Assembly (NCBI RefSeq): GCF_006345805.1
Contig: NC_043003.1
Coordinates: 107,074,001-107,138,000 of the forward strand
Source: Octopus sinensis
Taxonomy: Eukaryota
Reading direction: 5' to 3'
Length of the DNA: 64,000 nt
Position numbers and translations under genes: made by a program. A model generated the notes under the pieces. That model was given only the letters and a program-made list of their open reading frames with translations. It had not been told where the DNA came from and did not search any database. Positions within the stretch are counted from its first letter, which is position 1. Every line of letters starts with the position of its first letter. This document shows positions 1-10,339 of the stretch, piece after piece.

Positions 1-1687
1 GCCCAAGCTATTCTTACTCTAGCAGTTACACTTTCAGCACACCCGCCCCCGCTGCTGACTTGGTCACCTAGGTAACGGAAACTATCAACTATTTCTAGTT
101 TTTCTCCCTGGAAAGTGACGGAAGTTGGTCTCAGAGCATTTTCAGTGTTTATTGTTCCTGAGCATCTGCCACATACAAAAACCATCTTCCTAGTTAGCCT
201 TCCTTTGACATTGCTGCATCTCTTATGTGTCCATAGCTTACACTTGGTGCATCTTATAGAGTTTCTACCTACACCTTTTCTACAGATCGAGCAGGGCCAT
301 CTACCTGAAGGTGTTTGTGATTTTTCTACCTTCCTACTGATTACGACTTTGGTTTTAGCTAGATTGACTCTGAGGCCCTTCGATTCTAATCCTTGTTTCC
401 ACACCTGAAACTTCTCCTCCAGTTCTGATAGTGACTCAGCAATTAGAGCAAGGTCATCAGCATAGAGGAGCTCCCAAGGGCATCCTGTCTTGAATTCCTC
501 CGTTATTGCCTGGAGGACTATGATAAATAGGAGGGGGCTGAGTACTGAGCCTTGGTGGACCCCTACCTCTACCCGGAATTCTTCACTGTACTCATTTCCA
601 ACCCTCACCCTACTAGCGGCATCCCTATACATGGCCTGCACAGCTCTCACTAACCATTCATCTATCCCTAGTTTTCTCATTGCCCACCAGATAAGGGATC
701 GGGGGACCCTGTCGAAGGCTTTCTCCATGTCAACAAAAGCCAGGTACAGGGGCTTATCTTTGGCTAGGTATTTCTCCTGCAGCTGCCTTACCAGGAATAT
801 AGCATCAGTAGTACTTTTCCCTGGCACAAACCCAAACTGCATCTCATCTAAACTAACTCTCTCTCTAATTAGTTGGGCTATGACCCTCTCCGTAACCTTC
901 ATCACCTGGTCCAACAGCTGATACCTCTGTAGTTATTTGTATCTAGGGCATCACCTTTACCTTTGTAGCAGTTGACTATTATACTGCTACACCAGTCATT
1001 GGGTATGACCCCTTTGTGTATCACCTGATTAACTATATGGGTGACTAGGCTATAGCCGACACTACCAGACATTTTGAGCATCTCTGCAGTGATTCCTGAT
1101 GGGCCTGGGGCTTTCCCTGTCTTCATGCTTCTAATTGCCTTAGCTACCACAGAACTATCAACTTGGATAGCTGGTCCCTCTGTTGGGTCAACATTCAGCA
1201 GACTCTCTTTATCCCATTCATTTTCTTCATTCAGCAACCTTTCATAGTGGCATCTCCAAACCTCTCTCTTTGCATCCTCATTTAGCGCAAGTGAACCATC
1301 TTCCATGCGAACACACTTCTCTCCTACCACATCACGATTCTCTCTCACACACTGTCTTGCAACACGAAACACCTCCAGTCTTTGGTCCTCACGGCGCAGA
1401 ACATTGGCAAATTTTTTCTTATCTGCTTCCCCTCTGGCTAAATAAACCTGTCTCCTAGCTTCTCTTTTGGCAGTCTGATACAATTCCCTGCTACCCCCAT
1501 TTTTCCAGACCTTCCAAGCCTGTCTCTTTTCTCTAATAGCCCTGTCTACAACATTGTTCCACCACCACGTTATTCTAGGTCGAGAGGGGACTTTGCACCA
1601 GCCACAGATCTGGTCAGTGGCTCTCAGCAGGGTGTCCCTTAGAAACGTCCAGCTGTCTTCTACCCCCTGTGATGCTCTATCCCCTTC

Positions 1688-1689
<2 letters not shown>
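1..1689 (-). mobile_element. RTE-clade LINE fragment (reverse transcriptase region, frameshifted, 5'-truncated)
   Basis: ORF 902-1726 encodes the RT N-terminal region (KAPGPSGITAEMLK, IPNDWCSSIIVNCYKGKGD). Minus-strand PWELLYADDLALI lies near 444-483. Closely similar to the copy at 22545-24716. Confidence 0.93.
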
Positions 1690-1730
<41 letters not shown>

Positions 1731-1909
1731 GGGCTTCTGTCAGTTTCTGTCTACAAAATCAACTCACAAGGTTTTGGTCAGCCCGGCGATATAGAAGAAA
1801 TGACTTGAATTAAGTGACCTGCAGTGGATGGAATATGTAACCACATGGTAAGGAAGCAAACTTCTTAACTCCACATCCATGCCTCTGTGTGTGTGTGTGT
1901 GTGTGTATG

Positions 1910-2200
1910 AAGGTGTGTGACTAAGTGGTTAGACGTTTTGCCCCTGCAATCTCACAGTTCTGGTTTCAATTCCCAGACTGACTGCACGTTGTGTTCTTAA
2001 GCAGAATGCTTCATTTCACATTGGTTCAGTCCGCTCAGCTGTTAAGTGGGTCACACTGCGATGTATTATCCTTCCAATCAGGAGGGGAATGTTGACCTGC
2101 TCATCTTGCCAGCAGGGTGGCATCATTCTAAAGCTAAAAGGGTGCAAAGCACATTGAGACCAGCGATGAATAACAACATTGGATAATCTGATTGATCATG
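1910..2200 (+). mobile_element. Degenerate tRNA-derived SINE (family E)
   Basis: A/B-box-like head (gtggttag...ggtttcaattcc) followed by gtgttcttaagcag, a body shared with 21706, 31795 and 47315. Confidence 0.5.
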
Positions 2201-2212
2201 TGATATATATAT

Positions 2213-2627
2213 ACTCTTTTACTCTTTTACTTGTTTCAGTCATTTGACTGCAGCCATGCTGGAGCACCGCCTTTAATCGAGCAACTCAACCCAGGGACTT
2301 ATTCTTTTGCAAGCCCAGTACTTACTCTATCGGTCTCTTTTGCCGAACCGCTAAGTAACAGGGAGGTAAACACACCAGCATCGGTTGTCAAGCAATGCTA
2401 GGGGGACAAACACAGACACACAAACATATACACACGCACTTATATATATATATATACATATGTACGACAGGCTTCTTTCAGTTTCCGTCTACCAAATCCA
2501 CTCACAAGGCTTTGGTCGGCCCGGGGCTATAGCAGAAGACACGTGCCTAAGATGCCACGCAGTGGGACCGAACCCGGAACCATGTGGTTGGTTAGCATGC
2601 TACTTACAACACAGCCACTCCTGCGCC
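2213..2627 (-). mobile_element. tRNA-derived SINE, family A (CORE-like)
   Basis: Head tggctgtgt...ggttcggtccc, CORE-like ggcatcttaggcacgtg, internal (TA/CA)n and (taaaagag)n tail. More than 8 related copies in the window. Confidence 0.85.
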
Positions 2628-2644
2628 TATATATATATATACAT

Positions 2645-2688
<44 letters not shown>

Positions 2689-2699
2689 ATATATATATA

Positions 2700-2826
2700 T
2701 TAGCAATTAAGGACAACTACTTAATAAGGAAAACTTAACAAGAAATTGTCAGGTGAGGTTTTTACGCTATCTACCTGACAATTTCTTGTTAAGTTTTCCT
2801 ATTAAGTAGTTGTCCTTAATTGCTAA
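2700..2826. repeat. 55-bp fold-back inverted repeat at the 5' end of the 480-bp array
   Basis: 2700-2754 is the reverse complement of 2773-2826 (one indel), with an 18-nt spacer. Confidence 0.95.
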
Positions 2827-2991
2827 ATTTTTATTCCGAAAAAACTTTTCCTCTCCCGAAATGCAATTCGTAAAAGTTTGCCATTCATCCGGATATAGTA
2901 TATATAAACCTACCCATGTGCTTCGTTGATGTTGATCAGTTAGCTGATCGGCTTAAGCGAAGCAGGGTCGTTGTTTATTTATAGTATATTC

Positions 2992-3039
2992 AGGCCTGCT
3001 GATGATTACGTAAGTATGAAATCACTGTGATACAGGTCT
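2992..3039 (+). ncRNA. Type I hammerhead ribozyme motif, copy 1
   Basis: AGGCCUG-CUGAUGA-U UAC GUAA GUA U-GAAA-UCACUGUGA-UA-CAGGUCU: stem I, core, stem II with GNRA loop, palindromic stem III, AUA cleavage triplet after 3032. Confidence 0.8.
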
Positions 3040-3472
3040 ATATATTTTTAAATGTCTTTCTTTGAAAAATTGCATTCGGTGGGATTAGTAATATTTTTGG
3101 TAGAAATGACTGATTGTCCCTCTTAGCGTATGGCGTGTATGTAGAATGCCTCCTGGCATGTATGTATAATGCCCTCTATATATAAATTAATATGTTCAAT
3201 AAGAAATAATTATTTTCGAAATTTTTTCTCTTATGAGGTTTTTACGCTATCTACCTGACAATTTCTTGTTAAGTTTTCCTTATTAAGTAGTTGTCCTTAA
3301 TTGCTAAATTTTTATTCCGAAAAAACTTTTCCTCTCCCGAAATGCAATTCGTAAAAGTTTGCCATTCATCCGGATATAGTATATATAAACCTACCCATGT
3401 GCTTCGTTGATGTTGATCAGTTAGCTGATCGGCTTAAGCGAAGCAGGGTCGTTGTTTATTTATAGTATATTC

Positions 3473-3519
3473 AGGCCTGCTGATGATTACGTAAGTATGA
3501 ATCACTGTGATACAGGTCT
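3473..3519 (+). ncRNA. Type I hammerhead motif, copy 2 (GAAA reduced to GAA)
   Basis: Same as copy 1 except one A is missing in the GAAA core. Either inactivated or a sequencing error. Confidence 0.6.
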
Positions 3520-3951
3520 ATATATTTTTAAATGTCTTTCTTTGAAAAATTGCATTCGGTGGGATTAGTAATATTTTTGGTAGAAATGACTGATTGTCCC
3601 TCTTAGCGTATGGCGTGTATGTAGAATGCCTCCTGGCATGTATGTATAATGCCCTCTATATATAATTAATATGTTCAATAAGAAATAATTATTTTCGAAA
3701 TTTTTTCTCTTATGAGGTTTTTACGCTATCTACCTGACAATTTCTTGTTAAGTTTTCCTTATTAAGTAGTTGTCCTTAATTGCTAAATTTTTATTCCGAA
3801 AAAACTTTTCCTCTCCCGAAATGCAATTCGTAAAAGTTTGCCATTCATCCGGATATAGTATATATAAACCTACCCATGTGCTTCGTTGATGTTGATCAGT
3901 TAGCTGATCGGCTTAAGCGAAGCAGGGTCGTTGTTTATTTATAGTATATTC

Positions 3952-3999
3952 AGGCCTGCTGATGATTACGTAAGTATGAAATCACTGTGATACAGGTCT
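3952..3999 (+). ncRNA. Type I hammerhead motif, copy 3
   Basis: Identical to copy 1. Confidence 0.8.
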
Positions 4000-4432
4000 A
4001 TATATTTTTAAATGTCTTTCTTTGAAAAATTGCATTCGGTGGGATTAGTAATATTTTTGGTAGAAATGACTGATTGTCCCTCTTAGCGTATGGCGTGTAT
4101 GTAGAATGCCTCCTGGCATGTATGTATAATGCCCTCTATATATAAATTAATATGTTCAATAAGAAATAATTATTTTCGAAATTTTTTCTCTTATGAGGTT
4201 TTTACGCTATCTACCTGACAATTTCTTGTTAAGTTTTCCTTATTAAGTAGTTGTCCTTAATTGCTAAATTTTTATTCCGAAAAAAACTTTCCTCTCCCGA
4301 AATGCAATTCGTAAAAGTTTGCCATTCATCCGGATATAGTATATATAAACCTACCCATGTGCTTCGTTGATGTTGATCAGTTAGCTGATCGGCTTAAGCG
4401 AAGCAGGGTCGTTGTTTATTTATAGTATATTC

Positions 4433-4480
4433 AGGCCTGCTGATGATTACGTAAGTATGAAATCACTGTGATACAGGTCT
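4433..4480 (+). ncRNA. Type I hammerhead motif, copy 4
   Basis: Identical to copy 1. Confidence 0.8.
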
Positions 4481-4911
4481 ATATATTTTTAAATGTCTTT
4501 CTTTGAAAAATTGCATTCGGTGGGATTAGTAATATTTTTGGTAGAAATGACTGATTGTCCCTCTTAGCGTATGGCGTGTATGTAGAATGCCTCCTGGCAT
4601 GTATGTATAATGCCCTCTATATATAAATTAATATGTTCAATAAGAAATAATTATTTTCGAAATTTTTTCTCTTATGAGGTTTTTACGCTATCTACCTGAC
4701 AATTTCTTGTTAAGTTTTCCTTATTAAGTAGTTGTCCTTAATTGCTAAATTTTTATTCCGAAAAAACTTTTCTCTCCCGAAATGCAATTCGTAAAAGTTT
4801 GCCATTCATCCGGATATAGTATATATAAACCTACCATGTGCTTCGTTGATGTTGATCAGTTAGCTGATCGGCTTAAGCGAAGCAGGGTCGTTGTTTATTT
4901 ATAGTATATTC

Positions 4912-4959
4912 AGGCCTGCTGATGATTACGTAAGTATGAAATCACTGTGATACAGGTCT
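4912..4959 (+). ncRNA. Type I hammerhead motif, copy 5
   Basis: Identical to copy 1. Confidence 0.8.
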
Positions 4960-5391
4960 ATATATTTTTAAATGTCTTTCTTTGAAAAATTGCATTCGGT
5001 GGGATTAGTAATATTTTTGGTAGAAATGACTGATTGTCCCTCTTAGCGTATGGCGTGTATGTAGAATGCCTCCTGGCATGTATGTATAATGCCCTCTATA
5101 TATAAATTAATATGTTCAATAAGAAATAATTATTTTCGAAATTTTTTCTCTTATGAGGTTTTTACGCTATCTACCTGACAATTTCTTGTTAAGTTTTCCT
5201 TATTAAGTAGTTGTCCTTAATTGCTAAATTTTTATTCCGAAAAAACTTTTCTCTCCCGAAATGCAATTCGTAAAAGTTTGCCATTCATCCGGATATAGTA
5301 TATATAAACCTACCCATGTGCTTCGTTGATGTTGATCAGTTAGCTGATCGGCTTAAGCGAAGCAGGGTCGTTGTTTATTTATAGTATATTC

Positions 5392-5439
5392 AGGCCTGCT
5401 GATGATTACGTAAGTATGAAATCACTGTGATACAGGTCT
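5392..5439 (+). ncRNA. Type I hammerhead motif, copy 6
   Basis: Identical to copy 1. Confidence 0.8.
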
Positions 5440-5587
5440 ATATATTTTTAAATGTCTTTCTTTGAAAAATTGCATTCGGTGGGATTAGTAATATTTTTGG
5501 TAGAAATGACTGATTGTCCCTCTTAGCGTATGGCGTGTATGTAGAATGCCTCCTGGCATGTATGTATAATGCCCTCTATATATAAAA

Positions 5588-5589
5588 AA

Positions 5590-5650
<61 letters not shown>

Positions 5651-5725
5651 TATATTATATATATATATAATTATATATATATAATTATATATATATAATA
5701 TATATATATATATTATATATAAATA
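5588..5725. repeat. (TA)n microsatellite
   Basis: Direct inspection; a matching (TA)n tract lies at 2628-2700. Confidence 0.95.
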
Positions 5726-6341
5726 ATTTAAAAAAACGGAAAAAGAGGCAACAATTAAAAAACAATTTGAGTACGTAGCACATGCGAGATATTAATAAGA
5801 CACTCAGAGAAAGAAAAGAGTGGTTGTTTTACATTTCGAGCATAGCTCTTCTCTGGAAACAGGAAACACAGAGAAGTCCAATGGACAAAGAAGGAGGAAA
5901 AAAAGTCACCACAGTCCACATGTAGTCACATTTGAAAAAATATGTAATATACTAACACAAAAAACTAAACACACAGGTGAAAAGAATCTTCCTCTCTCTC
6001 TCTCACATTGTCTCTTTGTCTCTTTCTTCTCTCTCTCTCTCTCTCTCTCATTGTTTCTTTGTCTCTCTCTTTCTCTCAGCTTTTCAAAGATTGTCACTAC
6101 TATTACTATCATTATTATTATCATTATTATTATCAGTCAACTAGCAAACTAGTTAACTAATAAATTAATCAGTTGTTTGCAAATCTTTTGATTAATCGGT
6201 CAGTTGGTTCTTTTATTCCCATCTGCAACCTTATCAATGGGCCCTCATCTGCTCTTCTCTCACAAACTCATGATTTTTTTCTCTGTTTTACCCAGCATTC
6301 ATAGTCTGGCGTGTTCAATAAACAACACACACACGCGCACA

Positions 6342-6398
<57 letters not shown>

Positions 6399-6549
6399 AC
6401 TCAACAACACTGAAAACTCAATACTGTACACACACATACATTTTAAACTTCTCTCTCTCCGTCTCTCACTGCTCCACCTCTCTCTCCCTCTTTCTCTCTC
6501 TCTCTCTATGTATATATATATACAATATATATATATACAATATCATCCT

Positions 6550-7332
6550 CATCATCATCATCATTTAACATCCGCTTTCCATGCTAGCATGGGTTGGACG
6601 GTTCAACTGGGGTCTGGGGAGCCCGAAAGCTGCACCAGTCCAGTCAGATCTGGCAGTGTTTCTACAGCTGGATGCCCTTCCTAACGCCAACCACTCCGAG
6701 AGTGTAGTGGGTGATTTTATGTGCCACCGACACAGGTGCCAGACGAGGCTGGCAAACGGCCACGTTCGGATGGTGTTTTTTATGTGCCACCGACACAGAT
6801 GGTGTTTTTTATGTGCCACCGACACAGGTGCCAGACGAGGCTGGCAGACGGCCACACTCGGATGGTGTTTTTATGTGCCACCGACACAGGTGCCAGATGA
6901 GGCTGGCAAACGGCCACGATAGGATGGTGTTTGTTACGTGCCCACAGCACGGAGGCCAGTCGATGCGGTACTGGCTACGGCCACGTTCGGATGGTTTTCT
7001 TGTGTGCCACGTGCCACCGGCACTGGTACCACAAAGATACAAATTCCATTGATGTTCATCTATTTTGATTTGTTTTGATTTTCACTTGCCTCAACAGTTC
7101 TTCGGTCTTCACAAGTGTCACAAGAAGGAAGGTATGCACAGGTGGACTGACTACGTCCCAGGTAGGGGCCACAGGTTTGGCCTGACTAGTCTTGCCGGGT
7201 CTTCGGATGGTGTTTTTTATGTGCCACCGACACAGGTGCCAGATGAGGCTGGCGAACGGTCACGATCGGATGGTGTTTGTTACGTGCCCACAGCACGGAG
7301 GCCAGTCGGTGCGGTACTGGCTACGGCCACGT
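6550..7332 (-). mobile_element. RTE 3'-UTR-type element(s) with internal ~60-bp subrepeats and a (GAT)n tail
   Basis: ggatgcccttcctaacgccaaccactcc motif, the same as the 3' end of the RTE LINE at 14600-14785, plus repeated gtgccaccgacacaggtgccag units. Confidence 0.8.
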
Positions 7333-7345
7333 TATATATATATGT

Positions 7346-7383
<38 letters not shown>

Positions 7384-7408
7384 TATTATATAATATATAT
7401 ATATATAT

Positions 7409-7479
7409 AAATAAATATAAGAGAGTGGTCACTATAGGCTCAGTGAGCCATATAGTGACCACTCTTATATTATTTATTT
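7409..7479. repeat. Near-perfect palindrome (about 30-bp arms)
   Basis: ataagagagtggtcactata-ggctc agt gagcc-a-tatagtgaccactcttat. Confidence 0.85.
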
Positions 7480-7601
7480 TTGTATAAAATATTATAATAT
7501 ATTACAAAATATTATAATAATCCAGGTTCTCGGAGCACTGGGCCACTTGGTGTTGAATAGATATACTATTAAATTAGTATCTAATTCTCTCACCCTTATT
7601 A

Positions 7602-7679
<78 letters not shown>

Positions 7680-7695
7680 GTCAATATTATAATAT

Positions 7696-7755
<60 letters not shown>

Positions 7756-7838
7756 GTATCTTCTTCTCTCTCTCTCACGTTGTCTCTTTGTCTCTCTTTC
7801 TCTCTCTCTCTCATTGTTTCTTTGTCTCTCTCTTTCTC

Positions 7839-7938
7839 NNNNNNNNNNNNNNNNNNNNNNNNNNNNNNNNNNNNNNNNNNNNNNNNNNNNNNNNNNNNNN
7901 NNNNNNNNNNNNNNNNNNNNNNNNNNNNNNNNNNNNNN
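7839..7938. other. Assembly gap (100 N)
   Basis: Run of N. Confidence 1.
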
Positions 7939-8222
7939 GTTTACAAAGAATAAGTCCCGGGGTCGAGTCGCTCGATTAAAGGCGGTGCTCCAGCATGGCC
8001 GCAGTCAAATGACTGAAACAAGTAAAAGAATAAAAGAATAAAAGAATATTTTTACAGGAAGAAAATACATTAAAAGCACAAAAAAAAGAAGAAAAAACAT
8101 TAGAAGTACAAAAGATGGAATTATCAAGAGAAACGACCCTTAACTCCCTTCTGTTTAAATAAAAACAGAAGGGAGGAACTAAGCAGCAGAAGATGGTTGT
8201 GGAGAGGGAGTAACAGGTTGTT

Positions 8223-8822
8223 AAGGCGGCGAGCTGGCAGAAACGTTAGCACACCGGGCGAAATGCTTAGCGGCATTTCGCCTGCCGCTACGTTCTGAGT
8301 TCAAATTCCGCCGAGGTCGACTTTGCCTTTCATCCTTTCGGGGTCGATTAAATAAGTACCAGTTACGCACTGGGTCGATATAATCGACTTAACCCGTTTG
8401 TCTGTCCTTGTTTTTCCTCTCTGTGTTTAGCCCTTTGTGGGTAGTAAAGAAATAGGTATTTCGCCTGTCGTTACGCTGTGAGTTCAAATTCCGGTGAGGT
8501 CGACTTTGCCTTTCATCCTTTCGGGGTTGATTAAATAAGTACCAGTTACGCACTGGGGTCGATATAATCGACTTAACCCGTTTGTCTGTCCTTGTTTTTC
8601 CTCTCTGTGTTTAGCCCTTTGTGGGTAGTAAAGAAATAGGTATTTCGCCTGTCGTTACGCTGTGAGTTCAAATTCCGGTGAGGTCGACTTTGCCTTTCAT
8701 CCTTTCAGGGTTGATTAAATAAGTACCAGTTACGCACTGGGGTCGATATAATCGACTTAACCCGTTTGTCTGTCCTTGTTTTTCCTCTCTGTGTTTAGCC
8801 CTTTGTGGGTAGTAAAGAAATA
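8223..8822 (+). mobile_element. tRNA-derived SINE family B, body tandemly triplicated (~187-bp units)
   Basis: A box tggcagaaacg, B box gagttcaaattcc, and gtcgactttgcctttcatcc present 3 times. Confidence 0.85.
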
Positions 8823-9109
8823 GTGTATTTAAACTGTGCCTCGCAGACATGATGAGAAAGGCAATGCCAAAGAGAATGGCCAGCAACACTCACAGCAACA
8901 GTCACCCCACTTCACTTTACATAAACACTTTACATAAAAAAGGAAATATGCTTAGACATATAGAGAGGGGGAGAGAGAGGGGGGGAGGGAGGAAAACAAG
9001 AAAATGTCTGATGCCAAATAAGTCTGCATCAAATCAAAGATGCCAAATAAGTGGTGCCAAAATGGCTGGGCCAAAATGTCACATGCCACAATAAATTGTA
9101 TAATGCCTA

Positions 9110-9736
9110 TCATCATCATCATTGTTCGACCGTGGTCGAGACAATGGAATTTACCATGCTACGCCAGACTTCACGGTCCATCATGGTATTACGGAGGTCC
9201 TGTTGCTGGATGCCTGTATCCCTGGAGATTACATCAGGGTAGGAGAGTGTGAGCCCTCTGGTATTGCGAGTAGATGGCTTCCAGAAGAGAAGAGTAGAAA
9301 TTGCCTCTTTTTCAGCTCTACAACAATGTCCAGCAAACTGGACTCTCCTACCTTTCACAAGAGATGATACAGGTGGTAGTTTCCCATATATTTGCATTTT
9401 GGTTGGATGGCGCTTCCACGAGAGATTTTGAGCTCTCATAAGGAGGCGAGTGTAGGTTCCATCCAACCACCTCTCAAGTTTCTTTGATAACGTCCAGGTT
9501 TCTGAGCCATATAGTAGAATTGGTTCAACTGTGGCTTTGAAGATTTCAAGATTGAAGTCTCTACTTAGATTTGAGGACCAGATCTTATGCATGTCATTAC
9601 AGTCTGACCAGGCCATAATGCCTAATTGATGAGAAAAAACAATTTTCCTTGTTTTCCCTCCTTCTGGAAAGGAAGCTGGTTTAAAGAAACTTTCTTTAGA
9701 AGGAGTTGAACTTGATACTCTAAGCACACAAGTCAT
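9110..9736 (-). mobile_element. RTE-like LINE 3' ORF end (distinct subfamily)
   Basis: PILLYGSETWTL...RRVQFAGHC...DREVWRSMV, ending in a (GAT)n tail. Confidence 0.85.
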
Positions 9737-9789
9737 TCATCAGTTTTGTTGTCTAGCTTCCACTTACAGCAGTGAACCACATGTGGATC

Positions 9790-9995
9790 GTTGTCGGTGT
9801 CACCTGACTGCCTCCCCATGTCGGCGACACGTAAAAAAAGCACCCACTACACTCTCGGAGTGGTTGGCGTCAGGAAGGGCAGCCAACTGTAGAAACACTG
9901 CCAGGTGAGATCGGAACCTGGTTTGCCACTCTCCAGTCAAACCATCCAACCCAAGCATGCATGAAATACGGATGTTAAACGATGATGATGATGAG
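9790..9995 (+). mobile_element. RTE 3'-UTR-type element followed by (GAT)/(GAA)n
   Basis: gcacccactacactctcggagtggttggcgtcaggaagggc...gatgttaaacgatgatg. Confidence 0.8.
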
Positions 9996-10119
9996 GAGGA
10001 GGAGGAGGATGCTGATGATGATGAAGAAGAAGAAGAAGAAGAAGAAGAAGAAGAAGAAGAAGAAGAAGAAGAAACAAGGAAAATAAGGACAGTCTTGCTG
10101 TGAGACAAATTCTGAACAT

Positions 10120-10159
<40 letters not shown>

Positions 10160-10339
10160 AATATCCACAGACGATGATATCCATTTGTTTTGCATTACGG
10201 ATGTTGTTAGTAGTTATATTTTGGTCTGATGGTGCCTGTGGCTATTACTGACTAAAACAATATGAGTAACCTCCAATGAAAACCATCAAGATCAGAAAAT
10301 GGAACCACAAATATGATGAGTCTGGTTCTGTGCCTAAAA

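Larger units (their letters stand above)
2755..5587 (+). repeat. Tandem array of about 5.9 x 480-bp non-coding units, each with a hammerhead ribozyme fold (candidate retrozyme)
   Basis: Units start at gaggtt 2755, 3235, 3714, 4195, 4676 and 5155 and differ almost only by 1-nt indels. No ORF of 60 aa or more. (TA)n on both sides. Confidence 0.95.

Noticed and set aside
2999-3032. Box C/D snoRNA reading of TGATGA
   Set aside because: No properly placed CTGA box D or terminal stem; the hammerhead fold explains all the conserved nucleotides and stems.
7757-7838. CT-rich segment repeating about 5989-6077 next to the gap
   Set aside because: Low complexity and adjacent to the gap; more likely a haplotype or assembly overlap than biology.
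7995-8030. cagtcaaatgactgaaac in SINE-A tails as a hammerhead half
   Set aside because: The hairpin plus GAAAC has no upstream CUGANGA or stem I/III.
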